Origin: Balanoglossus misakiensis
Taxonomy: Eukaryota; Animalia; Hemichordata
Direction: 5' to 3'
Assembly: GCA_040954595.2 (NCBI GenBank)
Contig: CM082592.2
Location: 3,116,735 to 3,180,734 of the forward strand
DNA length: 64,000 nucleotides
Under the pieces are notes generated by a model. That model was not told the DNA's origin, did no database searches, and saw only the letters and a list, made by a program, of their open reading frames with translations. The translations under genes and the position numbers were made by a program. Shown here one piece after another: positions 24,201-37,853 of the stretch. How positions within the stretch are numbered: position 1 is the stretch's first letter; each line of letters begins with the position of its first letter.

Positions 24201-27200
24201 TGCTAATGCTATAAGCAACACATTTCACAGTTGGCATAGCAACTGACGAGATCCGCGAACAAGACAGCTGCAATATGTCACAAAGGGTCGCAATAAATCT
24301 TCTAATAATAGACTTAAGATGGCCACGCTTGCCATTTGTAGTTGTCGATAGGAGAACAGCAACTGCATGCAGATGATCTTGTCAACCTCGCAATGGCATA
24401 CACATATTATGATGCTCGCCTAATGATAGAAGTACTACTCTCACTTTGTCCTCATAGTATATCTCCATATCTCGATAGGTCCAATGTTTCTAACGTATTA
24501 ACACTGTCATTCGATCATAATTCATCGATTAATAGATATCTAGTAAGAAGGCTGTCGAAAACAAAACTTACACGGATCAATAATAATGCTAATGCTAATA
24601 TTACACAAATTCTCAATACCGTGCTAAATAGATAGTTAAGCTATACACATCGCGCACCCTTAGTTTACATATGACGGTTGAGTGATGATTAAATTTCCGT
24701 GCGATGTAATGCTGAGAGATTATTGTACATGTATATAGGTTATTAATATGTAGTTAATTTCTTCTTACATAGAGTTTATTGTAAAAACATGTCATGTAAT
24801 TGATCTTGTTCAGTTGCAATGCTTTCGTTTCCATGGCAACAGTATTCTAATTTAAAGGAATACTAAAGCTCTGACATCTTTTATCACATGCCGTGACAAA
24901 TCGATGACATACATGTATGATTTTCAAAGGGTCTGTCGCTATGGGAGACTCTTGTTTATGTTTTTCGTGGCATCTCATAAATGGGATGTTCGACTGAGTC
25001 AGAATAAAACCCAGGCGCTCTTAGACTTTTGTTCGTTGCTTCACATGATGCGGGAAAATTGCCTGAAAATACTAGCCGTGAATTCGGGCTCAAAATGACA
25101 CATTTCAAGTATTATCAGTTTCAATTAAATGCAATATCACAAACACTAAATTATTTTGATCCCTCAACAGAAAAACTTGTCGGCTTTCATGCAAAACGTT
25201 CTGTTCGTAGTTGTGCGGGTTACGTATGGGTCTGTCTGTCTGTCTGTCCGTCTGTCTGTCTGTCTGTTTGTTTGTTTGTTTGTTTGTGTTAACAAGGGAA
25301 TCGAGTAAGTATACAATAGACTCACTCCTAGGTTTGAGGAAGTGTCAGAATATCACGCATAATATATATCTTACAAATGATACTGAGTGCTACATGTTAA
25401 GATGGCATTTTCAACTTACAATATTCCCCATCTTATAACAATTTTCAGATTTTTATTCGAAGCACTGGACGCTACGCTCTCCGGTTCACAACTGAAAAGC
25501 AGGTAAGACCGTATTAGACTTGTATGCATATACTAGTAGTTTAAGTATGCACATATGGTATAGAATTTAAAATCCCCCCACGTGATATTGAAATGACAAG
25601 AGCAACGGTGTATTTAAGCTTTCTGTAATAATTATAATAATAAAAATAATAATAGATTGTTAGACTTCGAAGTTAATGTTACTGGTTTTGGGGGCTTGGA
25701 TGCATCGAGAACGGTACGGACACTAGTTCTGTCCCAAAATGTTCAGTTCCTAGGCTGAAAGAAACAACAAACATATTTCGAAGGCTATAGTTACTAACGA
25801 TTGCAAAACATCTGCTTTCCTTTGATCGCAGCCGTTGTTATGACAACCGCATGTATATTCCCCAAACCATTGTCCACCGTGTTCTCGCAGGTGTCTGTAA
25901 TTGCCGCCGCCATTTTTATTGCGGCAGACCGACCAACCTGAACGTCAGCCATCCTGGTCCGTTGTAAAAGCCATTACTCTAGTCATAGCAATCATCGCGT
26001 TGGTGAAAGCCATCAGAACCACTGTGGTCATTGCACAAATACAACAGAGCATGGCTACAGCAAAGATGGCAAACCTTCCGCTATTAATGCAGTATTTAGC
26101 AAAAACTTTGTAATCTTTTAATGGCTTTGGCTTACTATTATCTGTAGGATGGTGACCACAATTATATCATGTAAGGGCGGGACTTTTCTGTTCCTCAGCT
26201 ATGGATCAAGATTTTCAGTCCCGGCAATGAAACGGAAAAAAAATGTTGTGACTGATCCTGACGTGTGTGCCAAATGATGTCAGCCATAGTCCTTGTCTTT
26301 CATCACACACTCCTTGCTCTTCTGATAAATGCCTTCCGCACACGCCGTCCGTTGTATTGTTTTTTAATAAATCATAAAGTATCGCTAGCTTCTCTGAAGG
26401 TGATACCAATACTTACATACTTTAAACGAAACATAGTAATTTTTAAAATTAATATAACCTTCACTTAATAGCATAACCTAGCCCATACCAGACTGTCCCC
26501 GTCTGGAGACAAACACCTTCCAGGCCGTCCTCAATGCAAATATTAATAAACTCTTATAAGTAGAGATATTACTGATATTATTGTACGTATTTTGCTGAAA
26601 TGTGGTACAGATATTGAGTCATAGCATTGGGGACCGTTGTTGGTGCAATGCGTCACCACTAAAATGTTAATTTTTTTTCAGTTTGATCGATAGTGAGGAT
26701 TCCGATAGTGATGACAGCCAAAAGTCGACCGACAACCGTAAAACTGTGTTTGTGAACTTGGCGCCAACAAGACATCAACAATATGAACGAGTCAAACCAG
26801 GTATCACGCTGCCTAAAATAGACCAGAGTCACATGCAAATGATGGAGAATGGCGGATCACTGTCCGGGCGAACGACAGACAGTACACCCAACATTCTAAA
26901 CGATTTTCAAAAGTATCGCTGCTCAGGTATGTCGTTGCCAGCACACTTGGTGGAAGATTACAGGGCTTTAGGGAAGAAAACAAGCTCATCTACGTCATTT
27001 GGGAAGGAATATTATCAATTCTGTCGAAGCGCAACGTCCAGCGGGAGACAGTCACGTGACAGCTCAATCGACGCTTCTGTTCATTGTTTAGAAGAAAATG
27101 AAAACGAAAAAGACTCCAGTCCTCAAGTTACAAATAAACCAATTCCATACCGATTGTGGAAACTGTCACCCGGAACGAGTTTACAAGAGTATCTGGCACA

Positions 27201-27651
27201 CATCTACTCGATCCGAAATACGGGGTCGCTTGTCATTGGTTCAACACTCAAAGACAGGAGAAATCCCAACGCCGGATGTAAACGAACGAAAGAAAGTAAA
27301 GAAGTTCCAATAAGAATGGGACTATGTACTTTCTACAGCAGTAGTAGTATGAGCAAGGCGGGCAGAGACGGAGATAAAAACTCAGAGGGAACGATGCTGG
27401 GAGTTGAAGGGAAATCGGCAGCATCGAATTCCAGCGCAGTTAAAGCTTCAAATGTGGCACAACTGAAGGCACATATCAACGCCATCAAGAAGGAACTACA
27501 AAGTAACTGCATGGATAAACGACGAGTTGCATCGCCGCTGAGTATTGACACAGTGCTTATTGGTAACCAGTACCGGACCGAGGAAGGTCACAAAGCTCAC
27601 CTTGCCCAACAGAAACAGACTGTCCGAAATACAGCAGCACAGTCAACCTAA
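21289..27651 (+). CDS. Uncharacterised 535-aa protein, 3 coding exons, largely low-complexity/disordered
   Basis: Exons 21289-21872, 25449-25502 and 26682-27651 join in frame through GT-AG introns (...KLHRFR|FLFEALDATLSGSQLKSS|LIDSEDSDSDD...). The two long ORFs (195 and 322 aa) stand out in AT-rich DNA. No domain recognised. Confidence 0.75.
22881..25847. promoter_or_regulatory. Cluster of RFX X-box-like palindromes
   Basis: gttactatggcaac 22881, gttgtcatggtgac 23541, gcttccatggcaac 23623, gtttccatggcaac 24827, gttgttatgacaac 25834; compare the X-box consensus GTTNCCATGGNAAC. Confidence 0.55.
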
Positions 27652-27787
27652 AAAGGGTACACATGTACAGTGCATCGGATCTTTTGTCTCTCGCTTCTCT
27701 GTCAAAAACTTCACCATAAACCACAGATCTGTTTTTCTCTGTTAATAGTTCGTGGAGCAGAAATAAAGCACTGCCTAGCGAAAGTGT

Positions 27788-27868
27788 TAGGCTGCAGAAC
27801 CGTAGCTCGAGGTTTTACCCATTATTTCGTGCATGCATACAAAACCTCGAGCTACCGTTCTGCAGCTA
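27788..27868. mobile_element. Degenerate TAG...CTA hairpin MITE
   Basis: tag(g)ctgcagaaccgtagctcgaggtttt ... aaaacctcgagctaccgttctgcagcta. Flanks gcgaaagtg / gcgagaatg may be a decayed TSD. Confidence 0.7.
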
Positions 27869-28032
27869 GCGAGAATGATGAAAAATTGTCTGTCTCCGTA
27901 ATTCAACAAGAAAGACATTGGTCCTATGCCTGGTCCTCATTAGTTGAACGTATGAACTTGTCATTGACGTCCAACATCTTCTTTCATGTTCGTTTAATTG
28001 TACTAGAGAATGCCAATAAATTGTTGTATATT

Positions 28033-28345
28033 CAGTGACAGATGAAATATTTCACAAAAGAAAGCAGGACTACATGTATACGCCTTTTCCCTGAAGAGGG
28101 CGCCCTTCCAAGACGACGCGCAAACGAGGCCAGTAGGTCACAGATTAAAAACTTTTATTGTCTTTGAGTATCGTCACTATAGTTGGGACCGATGTTCGAC
28201 AGCCACATTTTATTGTATAGTGGTAAGTTTTACTCGCAATTTGTGTCGTATACAAAAAAACAAACGAGCTCAAACAGTACTCAAACTGGCCTCGTTTTCT
28301 ACGTCGTCTGCTTGGAGATGGCACCAGTCTGTATTTGTCACTGTG
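28033..28345. mobile_element. Degenerate MITE-like element with inverted termini
   Basis: cagtgacaga... / ...tttgtcactg at the ends. Subterminal ccaagacgacgcgcaaacgaggccagt pairs imperfectly with actggcctcgttttctacgtcgtctgcttgg. Confidence 0.5.
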
Positions 28346-29114
28346 ATTCTACATGTATATCAGTGCCGGTATTGTGATATTCATAGTGACCTTTAGATTT
28401 GTAGTCACTGGTTTAGTTCACTTTTTGTTGAACAATTTATGCACTTAAGCTTGTAAAATATATGCTTTGGACTATCTGATATACATGTATTTTAGCTATA
28501 GCCAACTGAGTCGTTCATTGCTATTAAAATCGGAAACAAAATTCCAGTTTTATACATTATTGACTTTGTAAAAATCGTACGTGTTCTTGGCTCTGTATAT
28601 AGAACCAAGAAAGTGCTGCACATATTTTAGACTACGCAATATTCAATTGTTGATCAAACTGGTGCAACAGTTTGTGGCCAAATCGGCAGTGAAATCTATG
28701 AACATTCCCAAGATTTTGTGGGAATGAAGATTGTTTTAGTGTCATCTGGAATTTTGTCAGAGGCATTCTTTCTATGTTGATTTGTTGTAATGGTCGTGCA
28801 TGTACGGCGTAGTAGCGAGACACTGTTTGGTCTGTAATGTTGGCCATTTGTAAATCATTTTGACAAATATTTCAAAACTCAATAAAAACTGCTTCGCCGG
28901 CGTCAACAACTTGAAATCTTGTTTCAGAGTAATTCGTGGGGAAACTTGTCATCATAAAGGTCGAAAAATAGAAATGTTGCATGTACTCCACCCCCACCCC
29001 CAAATATCAATGGTTTACCCCTAATAAACAGTTAGTAAAATTCAAACGACAAGTCAAAATTGTCTCAAATTTGACATTCAAAATGGCTGTCAAACTGGAA
29101 AATTGCGCGCATCC

Positions 29115-29480
29115 GTCTTTTACCATAGGATTACATTGAGAATAGCAAGAAAACTTTCTTCTACGTTTGTCATTTTCGTAAAATTTTACACATAGCTCAG
29201 TTAAGTAAAAATAAATCCACCGGTCAAATAAAATCGTTTGGTCACCGCGCTCTATTTTAAGATGAAAATCGCTAAATATTTTGCCCATAGACAAAACATT
29301 GGTGAAAAATGCTGACTTAGCAGTTTTCTTCAATTATCGACTAAATTCGCGGCCTTGTATTTCGAAAACAAGCGCGGTTCCCCTGTATTTTATTACAGAT
29401 TTTCATTATAAATACAACAGAGAAACCAAAAATCCACAATTAAAATAACTGACAATACCTTCAATTTTACAATCGTACAT
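29115..29480. mobile_element. Interspersed repeat, same family as 7045-7420
   Basis: Reverse-complement similarity to 7045-7420 over ~370 bp. Confidence 0.7.
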
Positions 29481-30947
29481 CTATTAAGAAAATTTTATAA
29501 ATCCAAAAGCTGTAAATAATCATCATCTGTAAGTTAAACAATACCCTAGAATTTTTATTGCCTAACAACAAACTTCAGGAAGTGAAGTTCAGCAAGTACT
29601 AAACTGTAAGTTACTGACGTTTGAGGGCGCTATGTACTGGTAGCAGCGCCCTCATATGGCTGTACTGTCTAAGCAATTGCAATCAACCAGACATTTCAAG
29701 CATATTAATCAGGGAAGACTGCAGCTTGGCTTGATATAATCCGGTTTGAAATGTACTTCCAAAGAGGCATTTTAATTGTACTGAAATTTCTCTATCACTC
29801 AAATGTACAAACTTCAGAAAGTGTAACTTCATAGTTGAGAAAAGAACATGCCAGGATGTGTTGGCAACAGTCTTTGACTAACTGTTTCTCAAGTACAGCC
29901 AGTTTCGCTTTTCAACAAAATGAATGAAATAGGGGCATATGAACAAGGCTCCATATCTGACAAAACTGTTTGGCAAGCAAGGTGTCAATAAATCATATCA
30001 TCGAATACTTTTCTTCTCGAAATGGAAGACTGAAAAGTTGTTTGAACACAATTCTTCGATATCAAACGCTGTCAGACAGTTACAGTGGTATTCAAATTTC
30101 CAGCTGATGAGCAACGTGGTGTAGATGGCAACTATGCAGACAAAACACCACGAGGCTGATGAGGCAACATGTCTGATGCATGTTACATTATAGGGTGGCC
30201 ACCTTGCATCCATATGGGTGATTTCCTGACATAATCAAGTAAATTGCTATGCATATGTACCGGAACATTACAGACTTTGTATCTGATTTGAATGAATTGG
30301 TTAAGTGGCCCTCCATAAAAAATATCATAGAAAAATGGCTGCCAGTTAGCCATAGATCATGACATAAATTTATATACATATGTACATATGTACATAACAC
30401 ACTGTCCCAGTACTAAGATTGATTAGAGTCACTTTAAGGGCACCAAACTCAGGTTAACTACAGAGTAAATAAATGGCCATCCAGCTGCCACATTGGATCT
30501 TATTGCCAAATGAATTGATGTGCTATGTACACCACAGTATATTGTCCATCTCAGTTTGACTGAAATGGGGTTCAGACATGTCCGAGAAAAGAATGTCTTT
30601 GGACAGAGGGATGGAGCTTAAATCCATGTGTTCCACAACATCACCAGGGCATAGAAAATCAACCTTCCAGCAAGATCAACACCAAAATATAAATACATAG
30701 GAAATGCCCTATTGCACTCTTCATTATGTAATTGTACTCTTGAATTATGTAACAATTGCATGTATAGTTTAGCACCATTATGAATCAAAAACCAGAAATT
30801 TCCTTCAAAATGATACAAATACTAATATAAAGCAAATACTTTGTCAGTACTGAAGCTGCATCAAATTTGGCAGAATAAACTATTTACACATCACCCCTGA
30901 GATGAGAATGTTACAGCAAACTCTGTACTTTATTGCCAGTACCAATA

Positions 30948-33819
30948 CTATCGTTCATGGTGCATTAATTTCTTCTCATCTTCTGTTACATTACGCTTTC
31001 GTAGAGTCTTATCCATCACATAGTCGACCGACCTACACAATAATTCAAATAAAATGTATTATTATTACAAATTTAGATCTGTAAATTCCTCTTATAAAAA
31101 AGAACTTAGCAAATATTAATGATTGAATAATGCCTAAAAGAACAACAGAGCCAATGCTTGCATGGTGCCTGGTATACAAACAAATTCCGTAATTGTGGGC
31201 ACTATACATGCGTGTATAAATTTCCTGCAGGCTTCACATTTTTCAGGTAACTGTGTTGATGGATGAAAAGAAGTATATGTGTGTGTGTGTGTCAACTGAT
31301 GGATGACATATAAGAACCAGTAACTGTGGTGTATGTGTTTGTGTGTGTATGTTAGGTGCGTGTATGGCTTGCTTGGTTGGCATGCTCTCATGCATGTGCT
31401 CAATTTCGTGGGCTCACAACATGCATTATTTGAACTTGAGGCGCATAATGTAGAACAACTAGACTAGAATGGGCTGTTAGCAATGGATAAATGGCATGGT
31501 GTAAGCCCAAGTAAGCTACTAGCCTCATGTTTTGAGTCTGGACTAACTGGCTTACTGGGGTGTGAAGAAGGGCTAATGCCCATTCAGAAAAGAAACATTA
31601 GCCTGACTAGGTAAATAAGCTTCCAGTGGCCAGACACACTCAGCAAGCAGTTGGTAGCACAAAATACATTTGTGTCAATGATAGTTGTCACCCGAGCCTG
31701 CTGCGAGTCAAAATAATCTATCATATCCCCTGCACAAAGCAAATGGGAGTTGACAATGTTCAAAAAGATGATACTTTGAATGTTGGGTATGGCCCTTTTT
31801 ATCCCTATAACATTTGGTAGGAACAAAAGCCTTAATTCCATAAAGACCGAGAGAACAGGACAACCAAAATAAGGTGAAGACGGCACCTACATGTAGATTT
31901 ACATCTGATTGTAATCAAATTGACTGCACTGACCAGTACACATTAGAATTTGTCATTTTTTTCGTACTTCGAAACCCAGTTTACAATGCCGTACATAACT
32001 TACATACACAAGCACACATTCACTCCATGCCTGCTTTACGGAATAGTAGTTAAAGGCTGTGAGACTAACCTGTCAATTGGTTTAATTATAAAAGGTATTG
32101 TTGACAATCCTATGGCAGTTGTTGTCCATTTCCTCACATGTACTGGAAGCTTTGTATAATTCTTGAGCATGAAAAGTGACAATGCACAAATCCTGTTGAT
32201 AGTGAAGCCAGGCACAGCTACTGACGCTAATCCCTGCCATATCACGCAGTCAGTCACGGCATAAAATACCTTTTTATTCCTTGTAGACTTGTCTCTCCAT
32301 GGTATCTGTGTGCACAAAAACCCAAAGCTACTGTAGCAACATTATTTGAGCAGCCTCGTGGTTTTGAGCCTCATGTTTTGAGACTTATTCGCGACATAAT
32401 TGTTCCATTGCTGATATAGGAAATTAATCTTGACATGTATGTAATTTTATCTTCAAATACAAATGTTATATAGGTCAACCTATAGTCTGCCATTGATATT
32501 ACCTTTTTTTAAAATATCCTCATAATGAGAATACATGCTTTAGTGTTATATTAATGAGCAATGTAAACCTACATTGTACTGACCTTATTTGCTCTATACC
32601 CTTTGTCAATGGAATCTCCAACGACATAAGCACATGCCACTGCATAGCTGAAACGTACAACAGAAACCGCAACTATGGACCGAAAAGATTCTCCAATTTC
32701 ATTTGCATAGCCTGAAAACATCAAAACAGATTGATACAATTTAATTTTTATATCATATCATTTTTATATCATATCATACTCCATGAGCACTGCAATGATG
32801 TTCATTTCTTCAGGCTGCTATTTCAACATCTGAACACGGTTAGTAACCGTAATCTGAATGACTACAAATTTCCATATAGAGTTCAGGATGCACTTAGGCC
32901 TTGGGATGGAAGGCAATTTTCCTTTGTTGTCGTGGATGAGGTAACACATGAGTTTCATGCTACATGTACTATGATTGCCACCCAATTAAAGTGTTCAAAG
33001 GGAATTCAGAGTCCCATTATTATACAACATTTCCTCCTCTGAACACCACATGCTTCTTCAATCTGTTGGTAAGCTTTACAATTACATCTCCAGCCACATT
33101 TTTCGCCTTGTAGTCAGCTGCTAGTGCTACCAAGTCCTGAGTAACATACATGTATTTGTATGTATTCATGGAGTAGACTTATTATGTGGTTACTGATGAA
33201 GCAAGGTGGTTTCTGTTGATATCATTTGCAAGACTAGCAGTGAGCTGGGATTTGTGACGGTTTTACTTTTAGAAGGCTGTGAGGGCGCCATCTTCAATTG
33301 AGACCTCAGAGTTCATCTAGGGTCAGTTTGAGTCATGGCCATGCCCAATCTGATTAAAATCAGATGTAGGGAACGGCCATGCCATCCTGTTCTGGAGTTT
33401 GCCTTGGTTTTACTGAACTGCAGCTATCATTGATCATGAAAGATGAACACATGCATGTTCATGCACACAGTCCGATTCACGAAGTACACACGTACACATG
33501 ACGGAGCTTAAGGTCTGACATCCCCCTCGTTGGAGTAAATGTCAACATAGGTGACCAGTGACCTGGATAAATCGTGCATACGACACGTAAAACTAAAGGC
33601 CGAAACGGCTACCTCGCACGTACGTACGTCACTCACACACGCACACGATGCCGGGCCGGGCCCCGGGGACTAAGCCGACAGACCGTACCTACCTAAGTAA
33701 CGAATCCATGTATCCCTAAACACGTCAATTTCTTTGCTTGTGCGTGCTTGTACGTGTACAGGACCTTGGACGCCAAGGCTATGGATGTCAGCTGTCACGT
33801 TTAGATCCGACCTTGCCAT
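30948..33819 (-). CDS. MTFP1: Mitochondrial fission process protein 1 (MTP18), 191 aa
   Basis: Exons 33819-33693, 32711-32584, 32305-32070 and 31032-30948 (576 nt, GT-AG, in frame): ...EIDVFRDTWIRYLG|YANEIGESFRSIV...SYAVACAYVVGDSIDKG...|...DCVIWQGLASVAVPGFTINRIC...RKWTTTAIGLSTIPFIIKPIDR|SVDYVMDKTLRK.... These are diagnostic MTFP1 motifs. Confidence 0.96.
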
Positions 33820-33977
33820 TTCTAACACATAGAACAACACAACGATATCTCCACGCACGCGCAGAGACTAGCGGCCGGGATTGACAATTTTAACCTAGCT
33901 GAGGAGCCTGACCATGGTCTGACGTCTCCGTTTCCATCGCATGTTAAGTAGGCCACATTTTGTCTGGAAGTCACTAA

Positions 33978-36493
33978 GGGACCGTTCAGTTTTTACGGCC
34001 GGGGGGGGGGGCGGCAAGTTTGTGTCATCGGCTTTCAAAAGCAGGCCGACTCCCCCCTCCACCGAGGGCAAAAAATGATGACCCCCCCCTTTGACAGGCC
34101 CAATTGCAAAAATATGATGACCCCCCACGCCGAAAACATTCGCCGTCCTGATCCTATGTACACTGTATGCAATAAAGGAAATGAGGCTCCTCACACCTCA
34201 ATTATAATAATATCGTTGCAATAAAGAAATCTATGAACAAAATAAAATGACAAGTCAATACAATACTTGCTAGAATTGGTAAAACAAGAAAAGTGGTGGG
34301 GGTGGGTGTGGGAGGGGGTGTCCCAAACAAGTAAATATCGGGAAAAACTTATTACCTACGTCCATGGTAAAGACACACTACCCCTGCCGCGCCACGCAGA
34401 GCCAGTCGTTTCCTCAAAGTCTTGTAGTTACCGGTAATTTATTTGCACTTTAACTAAGCGACCGATTTACTCAATGGGTAATATTCTTCGGGGCTCAAAA
34501 TTACATTATGATGCACTAAATAAAGGAAAGACAAAAATAGGGGGAAAAAACAAAAGTTAAGGAATATAGGCCTACACATGGAAATCAACAAAAATATAAA
34601 TAATTTCATACCTCAATAATCATAATGGAATGTTGTTCGTAATATACCTCCTTGAAAAAGTGTGAATCTTGTTTCATTTCGTTCAAATTTCAATTTCAAT
34701 GGGTAAAGAGTTCCGGACTTTAACCCCTGTATACCGAAAAGTTCTTTCCCACCATTTTAAAGACAAATATTCTATAAAAATTCTGATGGAAAGCCGAGCA
34801 CGTCTCACATATTACGATGACTTTGAGGAACAAGCGCATTACAGAGGTAGTATGGAGCAAAGTTGATGGCAAAGTTATAACGAAAAAATCAATGTTCAAG
34901 TCTACATCACATAGTATTACTTGGTGGTCTCCCATATAAATATTAACAACGCCAACCGCAGCTTTGCTTCGGTGATCGGACCACAGGGATTTATTCAGGG
35001 AAAGTATGGAAATACTATTATTATAATAATAGAAACTGAATAAGCTTGCTACTACCGATACACTCAGGCTGCTCTCTAGCCGTGGAAACGCAGCTGTATC
35101 GTTGGGGGTATACTGATGCGGCCCAACTCGTAGACCACATTGGAAGATTGAACGACCCGACTTGGTTCGCAGTATTCGAACGGCAAAGGAAAAAAACTGA
35201 GCGCAATTTAATAATAAATCCGTGGCAAAAGGCGATCAATAGTTTTAACTTTTTGATACAAAGAAAGGGGCGCTTTTCCTCCGGGACTTTCAACCAATTA
35301 TTTCTGTTTCACAGATTTCAACAATGAGTTGGAAAACTCGCTTTTGAGTTTGAAAGGGTAATATTCACAGCAAAAGTATCACATCATAACACAGGAGTCA
35401 ATGTTTATGTACATTCATAAATTTAGAATTCATCGTTTTGTTCGCTGTATTTGTGCGACTGCGTCACTAATTATTACAATCGCAGTAATGGAACTTATTC
35501 CACTGTGACGTTACTGTTGTTCACAAGATCTAGTCGTGCGAGGGCGCTTACTAGCGCTCCGGGACTTTCAACCAATATATTTCCGTGTATCCCAATGTGT
35601 TGTAAAAGTCTCTTTTGAATTTGAAAAGGGTAATATTGACGGCAAATTGTCACGTCATAACACAGCTGACACTATATACATTCGTATATTTAGAATTCGT
35701 TATTGTTATGTTGGCTGGATTTGTGTGACTGCGTCACTAAATACATTGCAGTAAGATGGAACTTATTCCACTGTGACGTCACCGTTGTTCACCCGACAAT
35801 CACAAAATAGAATGTCACCATGGTCACAGTGTTCTTCGTAGTCTCTGCGATAACACGGTGTATCGCTAGCTGTAACAAAATTCTCTCAAAGTTCAGCGAA
35901 TTGCTTGACAAATTTTCTGAATTTCAATACCTTTCTTTTCAGTGTTCTAGTTGCTTCTCCCGACATTCCTAGCGTGTTTAGGTGAGTGCAGTGGTTACTT
36001 TACTAAGCTATTTCCCTACCATGAACTTCAACGGGTTTGTCTTCATTCTTGCAGTAGGCCTACGCAACTTATAGTTATAGGTCTAGTAAATCTCGGACCC
36101 CGTTCTCGAAAAGAACAGCGATGACGGATCGGCCAGTTGGAATCTGGAGAAATGTGATGAGGTTTAATGAAAACTCATCAGTCAAGTAGCGCGTAAACGA
36201 ACAATTTATTGCAAATGTCGCATCATTGGGAAATTAGTTGACAAAACGAAAATTGTGCTGTTCCGATTACCCGACCTCCCCTTATTTTAGCTCGCCGACC
36301 CTAAACTTTTGTTCCGTCACGACCGTGCCATCTAATTTGGAGGCGAGCAGGCTCTTGGAAAATAATATTTTTTTGCCCGTTAAAGGGGAGGGGGTCATCA
36401 TTTTTTGGTCCCGGGATGAAGGGGAGGTCTGCCTAATTTTGAAAACCGATGACACAAACTTGCCGCACCCAGCCGTAAAAACTGAACGTTCCC
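33978..36493. mobile_element. ~2.5 kb non-autonomous DNA transposon with ~140-bp imperfect TIRs
   Basis: gggaccgttcagtttttacggc...ggcaagtttgtgtcatcgg...aaaaaatgatgacccc at 33978 is mirrored by ggggtcatcatttttt...ccgatgacacaaacttgccgc...gccgtaaaaactgaacgttccc ending at 36493. Internal ~270-bp direct repeat at 35265-35790. No transposase ORF. Confidence 0.7.
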
Positions 36494-37742
36494 ATATATG
36501 TTATTTGTTGCTTGTGAAAAAAATAGGAGAAATTCCGAGGGAGCCCTGCCACGATTCTTTGCCTTAGTGGAGAAGGGGGGGGGGGGTAACCTTTTGATAC
36601 AGACGAGTTCCTATAGTCCCCAAATTGCATTTGTTTGCTGTCAAACTTTCGACCATTTCTCTTTGTTTGCATTGCCCGAGGCCATCCTTCCTTCCAAAAT
36701 TTATATCTTGAAATCACCCTGTTGCTATAGATTTTTCAGTAAACACATGGGTAATGCATGTAACCACCCGTTTTTATCCAGAGAGGGATACAAATTTTTC
36801 TCAACGTTTCCACTGTCCGGTAAATAACATGCAAGTACCCATTCGGAAAGAACCACAGTTGCTGTCCACCACAGTTCTCCAAATAAAATTGTATTTTGTC
36901 CAGCATTAGACTCCTGAAGATTTCAAATTTTTGTAGGCTATACTGTACAAGTGTGACCCCTTGGTCCAGGGCGACGAAGGAAAATACATTCCCTGACACA
37001 AACATCAGTTTGGCTGATAACTTCATCTCCTTTTATATTTTGTTCGGTCAGGCCACTATCATGCATATATGGTAGCACACATAAGAGAAAGTGGAAGCTA
37101 TCTCCTGAGGGCGCTCAACCCATTGGCATCCTCGTTCACGCATTTAATTCTGCAAGACGTCTTGGGCCACGCAAGATTTCAGTAGGACAAACCAAATTTC
37201 ATGTTTTTTTTTGTGGGAAAATTAAATTATATCAGGAAATTTATGGGGCGCTCAACCCGCTTGCATCCTCGTTCACGCAACTATTTCTGGAAGACATCTT
37301 TGGTCACACAAGATTTCAGTAGGACAAACCAAATTTAATGTTTTTTGTGTGGGAAAATTAAACTATATCAGGAAATTTATGGTTGACACCCTGCAGCTGA
37401 TATACAGGTACATGTCATGTTTGTTCTTTAGACGATACTTTGAGATTTGTCAATGTTTGCTTCCGTTTTCTGACATATCAAGTGAAATTTCAAGTAAATA
37501 AATTGTGACTGAATTTATAGAAAACATCAGATGTCTGGATTGGAAATCATATCACCAAACCGACTGCGTGTAATAGCTTGAAAATTGTTGGTAATTGTTT
37601 TGGGAACTTCTTAATGGCCATTTTAACTGCTAATTAACATTTTAGTCGCCAACATAGTGAGCTTTGCCTGCCCTGTGGCATTAATTCTTGTATAAACCAT
37701 TGTCATTGCTGCCTGCAGACGTCCACTAATTCCAAGTTTATT

Positions 37743-37853
37743 TAGCCTGGCCCCAGACCAGTGTGTTTTAGATATATAGAAATTATATCTAACAGTGTGT
37801 TTTAGATATATAGAAATTATATATCTAAAACACACTGGTCTGGGGCCAGGCTA
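37743..37853. mobile_element. 111-bp hairpin MITE, TAG...CTA termini, 9-bp TSD
   Basis: tagcctggccccagaccagtgtgttttagatatata ... tatatatctaaaacacactggtctggggccaggcta. TSD aagtttatt at 37734-37742 and 37854-37862. Contains an internal ~33-bp duplication. Confidence 0.9.

Noticed and set aside
32036-32069. MTFP1 ending by read-through as ...IDRLVSQPLTTIP*
   Set aside because: A better terminal exon (SVDYVMDKTLRK...) with a proper acceptor and phase exists at 31032-30948.
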